Shown: positions 13,467 to 25,734, counted from the whole stretch's first letter. The stretch: DNA of 63,068 bases, filler included, from Octopus bimaculoides (GCF_001194135.2; 6 parts of 6 records of this genome joined end to end with filler, not necessarily neighbours in it), one strand, 5' to 3'. Made by a program: numbers and translations. The notes: generated from the sequence alone by a model not told the origin.

Positions 13467-15011
13467 CCCACAGAATTTCTGAAGTTCGCAACTGATTTTC
13501 TCCAAACTAGGAACATGCATTACTCATATTGCAGAGATGGTTTTAGATGCTTAAATTTTTTGACATAATGAGTAATGGGGGTCCCTAGAGGCAGAAAACC
13601 ACCTTTCCTGCTGTACGTACGATCGCCCGCATGGTCCATGCATAGCTTCTTTTCAAACTGGAAAAAACAAAAGCTACTGAAACGATACAAATAGTCCAGG
13701 TGGTACCAATAAGAGCCTGTTCCCGTAGTACCATAAAGTAGCAATTTATTAAAATAAAAGCCGTTTAGAAAGCACTACGTTTATTATGAAAAATATGCTG
13801 ACATATGTTAAATCCTGAGGAACTATTTAATTATTTTCTTTTAGGTTCAATATCAAAGTCTTCCTTTTAAGAGTAGACGAAGCCTATACAAATATTCTTC
13901 AGCTATTGATTACAAACCGAAATATCATATGTACATTAACCTACTGATTTATGGTGCCTAAGACCAAGCCACGTTAGTTAGAAACTATGTCCTTAATGTG
14001 ATCGTGTGTGCCAGGACGCTGCAGGCAGAATTGTTTTCGGTTGGGAGCTGAGTTGTCCTCACAATGGTCGCACACTATTTATACAAAGGAGTGCACGGTT
14101 GAGACACGTCTATTGATTCCCAACCACGTCAGCAACCCAACGTCACATGACCCAAGCACGGTTGTTAGAGATCGTATCCCGATGCTGCATGCTGAATTAT
14201 GTCTTCGTTTGGGAGCTGAATTGTCCTCTCTATGGTCGCACGCAGTTTACGCGAAGGATTGCGCGTTTGAGTCTCGACTATTGATACCAAACCGAAATAT
14301 CACATGAGTGTTGTTTTCAAGCGCTTCTTTGCCAATCCGACCCCCACTTACCACGTCATTTCTTTCAAATAGATTTCTCTAAGGTGGTCTTGTTGAGCGC
14401 GCCCACAGGCTTAATTTCTCACACAGGTGTAGTTCCTATGTTTACTGATTGTTCAGCGTGTTAGCAGCATCGCTGACAGCAGCAAAAAGAGTATATCCAC
14501 TGAGAGCTTTTTGGTGGTTTCAAAAATCACATAACCACCACCCACTTTTCCATTAAATGGTTAGGGCCTGGAATGTTCCAACCAGCCGCATGACATGTTA
14601 CTTCGTCGAATTAGCTCTTTATTTACTCCACAAATGCTTTGTTGTCAAAGCCCTGCACTTCCCGTATCATATGTTTCAACTTAACTGTACCACATATACA
14701 AATTATGGGGCAACGCTGTGTACTAGGGTATGAATATATGTATATTGTATTCGTTTAAACATATATGTGGAAAGGACAAATTCAGTACAATGAAGTTTAT
14801 TCATTTATTTAAAGCTACATTTTGGTTGCACTGCCACTTTGTAAATCTTGTTATGCAATGATAATTAAGCATATGCACTTGCACAAACAGGCACACACAC
14901 GCGCACGCGCATATTCCAATAGGCTGAAGCATAACCACATGACGATCACAACTCTGTGCATTCAGGAACGGTAAGAAACGAGAAACCGTTACATATAGGA
15001 AGAATATATGT

Positions 15012-15230
15012 ATTCTTTATTTATTTACTTGTCTCGGTCATTTGACTGCGGCCATGCTGGAGCAGCACCTTTAGTCAAACAAATCGACCCCAGGACTTAT
15101 TCTTTGGAAGCCTAGTACTTATTCTATCGGTTTCTTATGCTGAACCGCTAGGTTACGGGGTCGTAAACACACCAACATCGGTTGTCAAGCGATGGTCGGG
15201 GGACAAACATAGACCCACAAATACACACAC
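15012..15230 (-). mobile_element. tRNA-derived SINE family B, 3' half
   Basis: tttgactgcggccatgctggagc..aaatcgaccccaggacttattctt..gtaaacacaccaacatcggttgtcaagcgatg, shared with the 35550 and 57648 copies. It ends in a microsatellite and a gap. Confidence 0.85.
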
Positions 15231-15235
15231 ACGCA

Positions 15236-15275
<40 letters not shown>

Positions 15276-15395
15276 NNNNNNNNNNNNNNNNNNNNNNNNN
15301 NNNNNNNNNNNNNNNNNNNNNNNNNNNNNNNNNNNNNNNNNNNNNNNNNNNNNNNNNNNNNNNNNNNNNNNNNNNNNNNNNNNNNNNNNNNNNNN

Positions 15396-15435
<40 letters not shown>

Positions 15436-15964
15436 AGAGCTTTACATATTAATTCCCAATTGATAGTATAGTTTTTGTTTCTGTCTTTAATAGACCAGAT
15501 TCATTTACTAAGACTCGTTTTAAATCTTTTATTTTTATCTCTAAATGCACTCATGATTTTCCAGTCTCCTCTTTAAAATTGATGATGTCGTACCGATGTT
15601 AAAGTATTCATTACTCAGATGTAGCTTTACATCTATGTATAACATTTTTAGTTTTACGTGTATTTTTCACATTACAGGATTCCCGTTTAGAACAATTGCA
15701 AATATAACATGTTTCAAATAGTATTAAAGTACTTGGTGGAAATGAATTTGATTTTACCATGAATGATGAAATTAAAACTAAATCTGAGAGAAATATAAAA
15801 AATGATCTTTGCAATTGTTCTAAATAAAATAAATTGTTCTGAATAAAATATATTATACCTGTAAACATTATACAAATTAGGAACACAAAACAAACATTTT
15901 CAAAGATATGAACGAAATATTAATTTTCAAACGATACAAAACCATATACACCCTAAAGGATTAT

Positions 15965-16320
15965 TTACTATATTCAATATTTGGTGTGACTATCCTTGCT
16001 TTCAATGACAGCATTAAATCTTTTGGGCATAGAGTCGACTAAATTTCCACATACAACTGATGAAATTGACCTCCAATCATCTTGAATGATGTATTTCAAT
16101 TGCGTTACATTGCGGTGTTTTTCTCCTCAGCTTTCCTTTCCAAAACACCCCACAGATGTTCTATTGGGCCTAAATCAGGTAACATGGTAGACAAGCCAAT
16201 AGCTTTACCTTCTTATATGATAAAAACTTAGTAGTCATTCTTGAAATGTGTTTAGAGTCATTATAAAGTTTGAACATAGAATATCTTCCTAGTTCCTTGA
16301 TGCTTTACAGAGATGTACTT
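15965..16320 (-). mobile_element. Decayed Tc1 (DD34E) transposase C-terminal fragment
   Basis: Minus-strand pieces PDLGPIEHLWGVLERK and NLVDSMPKRFNAVIESKDSHTKY* match the Tc1 SPDLNPIEHLW...MPKR..AVI..KG..TKY consensus. Confidence 0.8.
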
Positions 16321-16730
16321 TCATAGCAAGTGATCTGATCTGAGATCGTGTGCTGAAACAAAAACAATTGCAGCGTGGAATGTGTTATAACACAAAAACC
16401 GTTAGATTCACTTCAACATTTAAATTTAGTTTGTCAGCACGGAATTTTGTCAGTGAACAGGTCGTAATCTCAAAGCGACGAAAATATTTTGTCAAATTAA
16501 ATTTAAATGTTGAAGTAAATCTAACGGTTTTTGTGAGTTTTAAGTGGTTTATAAACACCTTCCACCCTGCAATAATGTTTATACTTATTTTTACTTTAAA
16601 TATGTACAATAAATATAATAATCGAAAATCAATCCTTCAATAAAATTTACAATCTCATTATAGAAAAGTGCCGTAAAATATTTACTTTCCTCTGATGATG
16701 GCCGATCCATTTAAAATTTTTGAAACTTGA

Positions 16731-16925
16731 GTTGATAATGTCCGCTTTTCTCTAATGAAAAATCAACTGTTGATGTTCACCGTTTTGTAATGAAACATCA
16801 ATTGATGACGTCCGCTTATTTCTAATAAAACCTCAATGGAGGATGACCACTGTTCTCTAATGAAACATCAGTTGAGAATGTTCACTTCTCTCTAATGAAA
16901 TATCAATTGTTGATATCAGCTGTTT
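16731..16925. repeat. Minisatellite of about 34-35 bp, 5-6 diverged units
   Basis: Units such as gttgataatgtccgcttttctctaatgaaaaatc and agttgagaatgttcacttctctctaatgaaatatc. Confidence 0.8.
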
Positions 16926-18179
16926 AAGGGTTTAACATTGTTATTTTTGCAAAACATATGTGATAATGGCCTAAGATTCTACAGACATGTGAAACCTACC
17001 TTAAGAAGCAGCTGATGTATAAGCATTGTATACTAAAATATATATGTATTTCCTGGAAACATGAGAAGCATGTCAAGGAGAAAAGCTATCACACTTGGTG
17101 ACAATAGAATCGCATCAAAATTTGAAATTTATAATTTAGAAGTCCACGTTTGCAGGGTAATATAGAATGAATGTAGCTGACAAACTAATACACAATCTAT
17201 GTCATTAAACGCCAAAGACTTCCGTTAGACATAAAAGTAAAAATTACATAAGAATTATTTGGGTGCTCCAAAAATATGTTCCGCTTCCTCACTTTGTATG
17301 TCACATGACTTTCGTGCGTATACAATACAGAACGGTATCAATATGAAAAGTTGTAAAGTGTTATGCAAATACTTACCGATCAAAGTATCTAGTAAACTTA
17401 AATCGAGCAGTCCAGCCAGAGAATATTAAACTCCGATAGCCATCAGATCGACGGTTCATCAAAGGAGTATCGACCACTAGCTATCATAAGCACAACACGC
17501 CAGAGAGAGAATTTACTGATTAGTAAATTATCATAAAATTCTGGCCTTTAATTGAATTTTGGTTTGAATTTGATACCCAAACCTCCGGAGAAATGAGATA
17601 ATTTGTGAAGAAATTCACCCCAAAACGTGGAGTGCAACAGGAAACAAATTCTATCTTGGTTCGGTCATATGTTTAACGAACATGGCTATTGAATAATCTA
17701 ATGTTAATATGAAGCGTTGAAGTGCTTTGAAAGCAATATAAATAAACGCGTAGTTTTGGACTGGTATATAAAAGAGAACAAATGTAACACTAACATTATC
17801 AACAACAGATAGAAATGAAAAATTATTGATTCGAAGTTAAAATGTGTGGGGGATTTTCATGATGAGTTGGAAAGATTTTCATGAAATTTTAAAAGAAAGG
17901 AAAACTAGGTCTATACCAAAAATTATTGTCGAAAAAGTTTATGCTGTATTTTCCCAGAAATTAACGTCTCTTTTACCGGGACTCCCACATTATATTGGCA
18001 AATAATCTTTACTTTAAAGTATCATTGCTGTATGTCTCTCGTTGAGAAATTTAGAAATAATAAAGTTTCTACTTATTTACACATCTATCATTACTATATT
18101 TGTTGACTGTTGTTTACATTTTCCAACGGACTTGCCACTGATTCATGTAGAGAAAACATTTAAATTGTCAGCACATTTT

Positions 18180-18233
<54 letters not shown>

Positions 18234-18924
18234 TTAATAATTCTGCTTTACTACAGCAAGACAAATAAGCATACGTTAGAGCTCAATATACGTATAATCA
18301 TTGGACTCTGCAATCACAGACACTTGACGGGATGAGGTATCACAGTAGTTCTCGCATCCTCATCCACATACATCCACTGAAATGAAGAGCAAAGTACTAA
18401 TGTAGACAAACCTATTAGTTTACAGCTGTTCCAACGTAGCAAAAGAAATATATACTTACATGTGTATGTGTGTGTATACACGCACATTTATATACACATA
18501 CAATACGTACATATAAATATATGTGAAGAGAGAGAGAGAGATAGAGAAAGAGAAAGCGATAGAAGATAAATGTACACACACATCTTCCAGAAAAGCTGTT
18601 ACGCATTATTAAGAATGAAAGATATGAAATTAGTGTTCTGTTTGTCGCAGGGTCAGATTATTGACAGCTGATGCTCTTAGGTCAATCTAAAAATGGTATT
18701 TCCTCTTGACCTTTCCATTATCTGGCACGGCTTTAACACACAAGTGTTGAATGTGTTGAATGCGTTATAATAGATTAAAAATTTAGCTTTCTTCAAGTCC
18801 TTCAACTCAGGTGGATCACACAGACTATATTAAAAATATTCTGGTTTTACAAATTGTTTAATACTAAATAACAGTAAGTAGTTGTAGTTTTTTTTATTTA
18901 TTTACGAGTTACTCCGTTAAAGGA

Positions 18925-19420
18925 AAAAATAGACCATATGTGCTGCTTCCTTTAGTTTTCGTATTTTCCAGTGGTGTTCTCTATCAGGAAGGGGGGGTCT
19001 CCATTTTTCCATACATGATCAGCTATACCCGATTTATCAATATCTCCCCGTGTCACAGCTTTGCAATGTTTGTCTACCTTTATTTTGAGGGGGCGATGTG
19101 TTTCGCCTTTGTATAACCTACCACAGCTGCATGGATGGAGTGCACGCAGTTCTTAGTCATATCCTCTTCTATTGGTGGTTTTACTCGAAGGAGATATTTG
19201 GGAAGTGTTGTATTACTCTTGAATACTGTTCTGATGTCATATGGGCCGCATTTTTTGGCATCTTTTCAGAGATGCCTTTCACGTAGGGTAGACATACAGT
19301 AGACAGTTTATTGGTTTCATCCTCTATTTTCTTCATAATTGGAGTGGATAGTATATTTTGGGAGTGGTTGTTACTTAATAGATTGTTACTTAGCTTGATC
19401 ATTTCTTCGTGGAGGGTATC
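18925..19420 (-). mobile_element. Penelope-like retroelement C-terminal region with GIY-YIG endonuclease remnant
   Basis: Minus-strand pieces TVCLPYVKGISEK, GPYDIRTVFKSNTTLPKYLLRVKPP, GEIDKSGIADHVWKNG and DREHHWKIRKLKEAAHM match the PLE linker and GIY-YIG domain. Frameshifted. Confidence 0.85.
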
Positions 19421-19469
19421 ACGATCGCTACTTATATTCTTCGTTCGATGTTGTAGGCACTAAGCAATC

Positions 19470-19960
19470 CCGCTCTTTACACTGTATGGATGGGGGGAAT
19501 TGAAGCTCAGGTATCGTCCAATATTATATTTCCTTTTCAGCGCCCTGTATTTTTGTTCGCTTTTAAGCTCCCCTTTCTCTTTTCGATGTAACACATAATT
19601 TTCCTTCGAGAACGTATCTAGCCCTTCCTGTATTTTTCTTTTCCACCATGGATCTTTCCTTTGTCACTCCCCTTATGTTTCTTTTTCTTAACACCAACAC
19701 CCATGTTTTCTCTTACAACAATACTTGCTTCCTTGATCAAATTATTTGTTTCTGTGATGTTGATTGTTCTGATGTATTTCGGAATTTTTTGTTTCTTGGT
19801 TCAATTTCCATCGATCAACATTTTTAAGGTTGCAAATAATGTCGCTATAGTTCTCCTGTAGTCTTGTCTTTATTTGTGTCGTAGATTGCTTTTTGTTCAT
19901 CTGTCATGTCGCCATTAGTCTTATTGTCTTCTTTTAGATCATCTCTATATAAAAGAAAAT
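19470..19960 (-). mobile_element. R4/Dong-like (RLE) non-LTR retrotransposon, N-terminal ORF fragment
   Basis: Degenerate minus-strand peptide including DMTDEQKAIYD and GELKSEQKYRALKRKYNI resembles the pre-RT region of R4-clade elements. Heavily frameshifted. Confidence 0.55.
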
Positions 19961-20329
19961 CACTTTGAGAAATACTTCCTATTGGTATATACCAGAAATA
20001 AACATGGTCCCCAGCTTCTGGCGAAAACACTTTACCGGTACCGATGTACACATAACAGCAGCATTTAATAAAACGCTTTAAAACGCTTAGCTGGCCACAA
20101 TCAAGAACGGACTCCATGCTGGAGGAGAAATGCCATTCTAACGTCCTCCTCTTCAAAAAAAAAAAAAAAAAGGAAGAAACATGCTATGCACCCACAAAAT
20201 TAAAGGCCTATAACATGCCTACTGACGACATAAGTACAATCGTCTTGTTACGTATATTGAAATCAATAATGTTTTATCAGAAAATGGTTTTAACAGTTTC
20301 CCCTATGGTTGCTAAAAGAAGAAAGCAAA

Positions 20330-21330
20330 AAATCAGGCTGAATTCTAGGAGGTTTTCGATAGCATCAAACACCCACCCATAGGTACTGGAGTTACTGAGC
20401 AGAATGTGGGCCCCAACACCTCTGAATAGACCAGCGAAGCGATGAGAAAGTGGAAAACTAACATAATATTGCAAATGAGGAATAGACCATTCAAACCACC
20501 CCAACACGTGTTAAAAGAGAAAATTTCGAAGGAGATTCGTTTTCCATCCCCTACGTTTTGATCTTGCTTTGAAATCATTTACAATCTTACGTGAAGAAAC
20601 TACGAAAAAAATATAAATGATTTCCTCTATTTGAACGACTTCAAAATTTTTGATAGGAAGAAACAAACCATCTAGGTAGAAAACCTAGAAGATTGTTTAT
20701 ACATGCAGTAATGACATAAAAATGACTATCGGATTAGACAAGTGTGCTTTAAGAGGAGGCATTAATCAGTACCGAGTTTATAATACGAGACACAGAAACT
20801 GAATCAGATAATTAAATTGCAGCCATCTCTATAAATGCTTGGTGGTAGAGGAAAGAGTTAAAGTACAGCGTATAGAAATGAAAACGAAAATTAGGAATGA
20901 ATATTATAGACGAGTAATATTCTTTTCTACTCTAGGCATAAGGCACGAAATTTTTGGGGTGGGAGGCGAGTCGATCAGATCGACCCAGTACGCAACTGGT
21001 ATTTACTTTATTGACTTCGAAAGGATGAAAGGCAAAGTCGATCTCGGCTGAATTTGAACCCAGAATGTAAAAACAGACAAAATACCGCGAAGCATTTCGC
21101 CCGGTGTACTAACGATTCTGCTAGCTCGCCGCCTTGAGTTAGAGTAATATTAAAATCTGGATTTAATACTAGAACTTATATATATTAGTTAAGAGTATGT
21201 TAGTCATACAAGTCATATATAACATCTATAAGAAAGTAATTTGGGGGCTGGGGTGAAACTTTTTGAGAGGAAATCAGAAAGGTACTAAATACTGAGAAAC
21301 AAAGAGTGTTAGGCTAATAAATGTATTAAT
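20330..21330 (+). mobile_element. Degenerate R4/Dong-like reverse transcriptase fragment, interrupted by a SINE
   Basis: Pieces FDSI..MRKWKTN, GDSFS, INDFLYLNDFKIF (decayed HLLFMDDLKL) and EMKTKIRNEYYRRV|ILKSGFN, continuing across the SINE at 20922-21141. Confidence 0.65.
20922..21141 (-). mobile_element. SINE family A with 10-bp target-site duplication
   Basis: Flanked by gagtaatatt at 20912-20921 and 21142-21151. Same head and body as other family A copies, with an alternative tail. Confidence 0.85.
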
Positions 21331-21559
21331 TAAACATGAAACGTACTAAGCTGATACAAACTATGTTGAAATAATAAAGTGAAATAACAGCATAACATTA
21401 TAACCAATACTCCACGTATTTCTGATAGTCTGGTCCGACGGCACTTCTCTGTAAATAGAGTCACTAATGATCAGTTACAGCTGCTCTCCTAGGTCAAGAT
21501 TTGCTAGAGATTATGCCAACCAGCACGTTTTCTAGAAGAGACGAATGAAATTTCGTCTA

Positions 21560-22480
21560 CGCTCCAAGTTTCAACGAGATAAACGTCACTTTTCATCCAA
21601 ATAATTATAAAACACCCCATGCGGATTCCACCTATCGCATTGCCCTACTGGCATTGACCTTTGAGTGGTTGGCGATATTTCCAGATTCCAAGCTGTCTCT
21701 CTTGGTCTTTGCTTGACCTAGGATTGTGGCTCTGTCAAAAAAACGAATTGTAGAAAAATGCTTCTGACAAAACGAAAAACATAGTTGTTCATTGTCAGTG
21801 AATCGCTTTAATTTTAGCAGCTTTGACACACGCATGTAGATCATCAGCCACACATGCCCAGTTCACTACGCAGAGGATAATGGCAGTAGAAAGAATTCCT
21901 AACCAATAGAATGCGTCCTTTCCATTAAAATCGGAAGAGCCAATGATCCGATTCGGTAACATATGCCGGTCAGGAAGTAATAAATGACGGAAAGGATGTA
22001 GACATTCGTCATATCTGTCCAGCATTTCAGGGATATCCAGGCTCATGTCTGATTGGGACTAGCTACTCACCTCGTCACTTCGTCCAAATTATTCTCTACA
22101 AGGAGATCTGTACCAGACCAGATCCCGAGTAGCTTATCTGACCCATCAGTCCAGTGTCGTAAGATGCTGTTGGATCGAATGGAAATGCCTCTCCATGTGA
22201 CATTCCTGTTTCACCGACCTTTCAGGTTGGTTTGGTTACTGCATCATAACCCCACAGAGACGGGCTCATCATCTTGACGCACTTAGTGATCAACTTCATG
22301 TCGCATATGTCAACACAGATCTTCCGCATGATACTAAATGTTTCATAGATGTTTCAAGTAGATAAAACATTCACTTGAATGACCAAGTAGATATCGCTGT
22401 ACATTGCGCTTATCCAGTTCGTGAAGATGGGACCTAAAGTGACTGCAGTTAAGATAGCTTTCAATCAATTATATCGAAAG
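21560..22480 (-). mobile_element. Tx1-like (L1 clade) LINE, degenerate RT and post-RT region
   Basis: WTDGSDKLLGIWSGTDLLVENNLDEVT..VAS, then NVYILSVIYY. Homologous to the better preserved piece at 46960-47240. Confidence 0.7.
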
Positions 22481-22872
22481 CTTAGGTTCGTTTAATTTAG
22501 CCAGGGTCCAATTCGTGCCAGATTTTTTTATTCATGCTATGAAGTTTCCTATTTGATTGAGGTTGCAGTAGAAATATCTGTTGAAGATGGCGCATGTTTA
22601 TACATCACCAATAAAACTACTGGCGACAAGTGTCAACTACTTCACTAACATCATGAACTCTGAGTGTGATAAAGTTACGGACTTAAAATTAACATGGTGA
22701 TTCCCTGTGTTCGCTCACTTCTGTGCATTGCAACCACTCCTCGTCACACAGACATGAGATTATATCGTTCTACATTCAGTCGCTGAGGATATTTGCCAGG
22801 GTGCTGCCGAACAATTCTGGTATATAAGTAAAGAACTCGTAATATATATATGTATACATACATACATATATA

Positions 22873-22972
22873 NNNNNNNNNNNNNNNNNNNNNNNNNNNN
22901 NNNNNNNNNNNNNNNNTTAATTAATTAANNNNNNNNNNNNNNNNNNNNNNNNNNNNNNNNNNNNNNNNNNNN
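22873..22972. other. Assembly gap of unknown size: 44 N + TTAATTAATTAA + 44 N (also 42068-42167, 50394-50493, 58805-58904, 61782-61881)
   Basis: The same 100-bp architecture occurs five times. The 12-mer puts stops in all six frames, so it is an artificial scaffolding linker. Confidence 0.97.
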
Positions 22973-23760
22973 GCCATCCCTGATCCATCATCTGTGGTGG
23001 TCTTGGACAATGGTTCGTGTGGCGTTGACTCTGTACCCTCTGCATCCACGTTAACTGTTGTACCATTTTCTGGGCCACGCTTAAAAAAGCTTGCTGCTCA
23101 GCTACTGCAGTTCGTACAGCCTCTGCATATAGCCTTTTTTGGGGAGCAGAAGGAATATACGGACTTCTCTCTTTGTGAGTCCTGTTGGTATTCGGTGGAT
23201 TATGTGTACGTAGATTTAAGCTTTCTGGTCTCCCTTTTCTGCGCTCCCGCTTATTTTGTTGTAAGTGGTTATCTACCTTGTTTAGCTGGTGGTGTTTGGG
23301 ATGGGCAAATTTGCAGTTTTGTCCCTTTTCCCCGTCCCAGCAGGTACCATTTAGGTAGAATTTACAGACCTGTTTCTTTTTCGTTTTCTCTGTGTGACGT
23401 GTTTATGCTTGAAGCCTGTTTGTGTTTACCGTCTTCTTGTCTGTTCTCCTGTCTTTGTCGTTTGTGGTGCAGCGTTGACTGTGTTCACCATGGTCATTGC
23501 ATCCCTCATCAGTGGCTACAGCACTGGTGGCATCTGCCTTGTCTTGGTGATCCATTTGGACTTCCTGAGCCTGAGCACAGTGTGCAGAGTCTTCACTGTC
23601 CATTTTTGTGTCCGTGTCTCTCATAATGCCTTCTAGGAGGTCAAGGTGCGGTTTCACGAGCTCGTAGGAGCGAATGAGCTCCAGTTTCTTTCGATCAATT
23701 TGAGCCATTGACCTGTGGAAATTGTACCTATCCAGGCTTTCGGCTATTAGAGGGAGAAGG
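22973..23760 (-). mobile_element. Probable 5' UTR and ORF1 remnant of a LINE, possibly the same Tx1-like element
   Basis: GC-richer segment. ATG at 23708 opens MAQIDRKKLELIRSYELVKPHLDLLEGIMRD (101 aa, then broken). It lies upstream of and on the same strand as the Tx1-like RT relic. Family assignment is inference. Confidence 0.4.
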
Positions 23761-23815
23761 GAGAATACGAAGTAGAGCGAGTAAAAAGTGCGTACAGAGT
23801 ACGAGATAGATAGAT

Positions 23816-23864
<49 letters not shown>

Positions 23865-24721
23865 NNNNNNNNNNNNNNNNNNNNNNNNNNNNNNNNNNNN
23901 NNNNNNNNNNNNNNNNNNNNNNNNNNNNNNNNNNNNNNNNNNNNNNNNNNNNNNNNNNNNNNNNNNNNNNNNNNNNNNNNNNNNNNNNNNNNNNNNNNNN
24001 NNNNNNNNNNNNNNNNNNNNNNNNNNNNNNNNNNNNNNNNNNNNNNNNNNNNNNNNNNNNNNNNNNNNNNNNNNNNNNNNNNNNNNNNNNNNNNNNNNNN
24101 NNNNNNNNNNNNNNNNNNNNNNNNNNNNNNNNNNNNNNNNNNNNNNNNNNNNNNNNNNNNNNNNNNNNNNNNNNNNNNNNNNNNNNNNNNNNNNNNNNNN
24201 NNNNNNNNNNNNNNNNNNNNNNNNNNNNNNNNNNNNNNNNNNNNNNNNNNNNNNNNNNNNNNNNNNNNNNNNNNNNNNNNNNNNNNNNNNNNNNNNNNNN
24301 NNNNNNNNNNNNNNNNNNNNNNNNNNNNNNNNNNNNNNNNNNNNNNNNNNNNNNNNNNNNNNNNNNNNNNNNNNNNNNNNNNNNNNNNNNNNNNNNNNNN
24401 NNNNNNNNNNNNNNNNNNNNNNNNNNNNNNNNNNNNNNNNNNNNNNNNNNNNNNNNNNNNNNNNNNNNNNNNNNNNNNNNNNNNNNNNNNNNNNNNNNNN
24501 NNNNNNNNNNNNNNNNNNNNNNNNNNNNNNNNNNNNNNNNNNNNNNNNNNNNNNNNNNNNNNNNNNNNNNNNNNNNNNNNNNNNNNNNNNNNNNNNNNNN
24601 NNNNNNNNNNNNNNNNNNNNNNNNNNNNNNNNNNNNNNNNNNNNNNNNNNNNNNNNNNNNNNNNNNNNNNNNNNNNNNNNNNNNNNNNNNNNNNNNNNNN
24701 NNNNNNNNNNNNNNNNNNNNN

Positions 24722-24756
<35 letters not shown>

Positions 24757-24760
<4 letters not shown>

Positions 24761-25141
24761 TGCCTATAATAGGACATCTAACCCGCTAGAAAGAGCAGCA
24801 AAAAACTCTATACCACAAAAATAGGGATAATTTCGAAAGAGAATGAAAAATAAAAACATTTTTACCAGTCTATACTCTGGTATAATTTGGAAAATTAGAC
24901 ATATGAATACGAACCATGCTCCCTATTGACTCGTGTTTCTGGTCATTCTGCCGATGATAGTCCGACCATTGTAAGATATATAATTTTTATCTTACTAAAA
25001 TTGACTTGAAACCATGGTACAGAATATAGATTGGTAAATGTCTTTTATTTTTCATTCCCTTTCGAAATTATCCCTATTTTTGTGGTATGTAGTCTTTTGC
25101 TGCTCTTTCTAGCGGGTTAGATGTCCTATTATAGGCATCTC
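24757..25141. mobile_element. MITE / foldback element, 385 bp, with about 122-bp terminal inverted repeats
   Basis: 24757-24878 (gagatgcctataataggacatctaacccgctagaaagagcagc...ccagtctatactctg) is the near-perfect reverse complement of 25020-25141. The 141-bp interior is non-coding. No TSD could be resolved because the left end abuts (GA)n. Confidence 0.85.
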
Positions 25142-25252
25142 TGTATTTTAAATGAATAATACATAGTCTATTGACTGATTTTTACTCTCGCTAGACCACT
25201 GGTGGTAAAAAAAATTTCAAAATTTTTTTTTGCTACCCTATAATTTATTAAT

Positions 25253-25620
<368 letters not shown>

Positions 25621-25673
25621 CATATATACAGACATACATATATGTGTGTGTGTGTGTGTGTGTCTCTGTGTGT

Positions 25674-25734
<61 letters not shown>

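Noticed and set aside
14351-14500. Minus-strand exon with donor gtaagtgg
   Set aside because: All frames close from the plausible acceptors; only a weak acceptor gives a 19-aa open frame.
16692-16730. Third hammerhead (CTGATGA...GAAAC)
   Set aside because: A 12-nt insertion separates helix II from GAAA, helix I does not pair and the cleavage triplet is poor. At most a decayed relic.
22917-22928. Recurrent palindromic TTAATTAATTAA (five copies) as a biological motif
   Set aside because: It is always centred in exactly 44 N + 44 N, so it is an all-frame-stop scaffolding linker.
23728-24777. Long ORFs in the track (349 aa here; also 12322-13146, 30432-31523, 40859-41663, 48506-49531)
   Set aside because: They are mostly X from N-gaps plus dinucleotide-repeat translations (YIYI, SLSL, CVCV).
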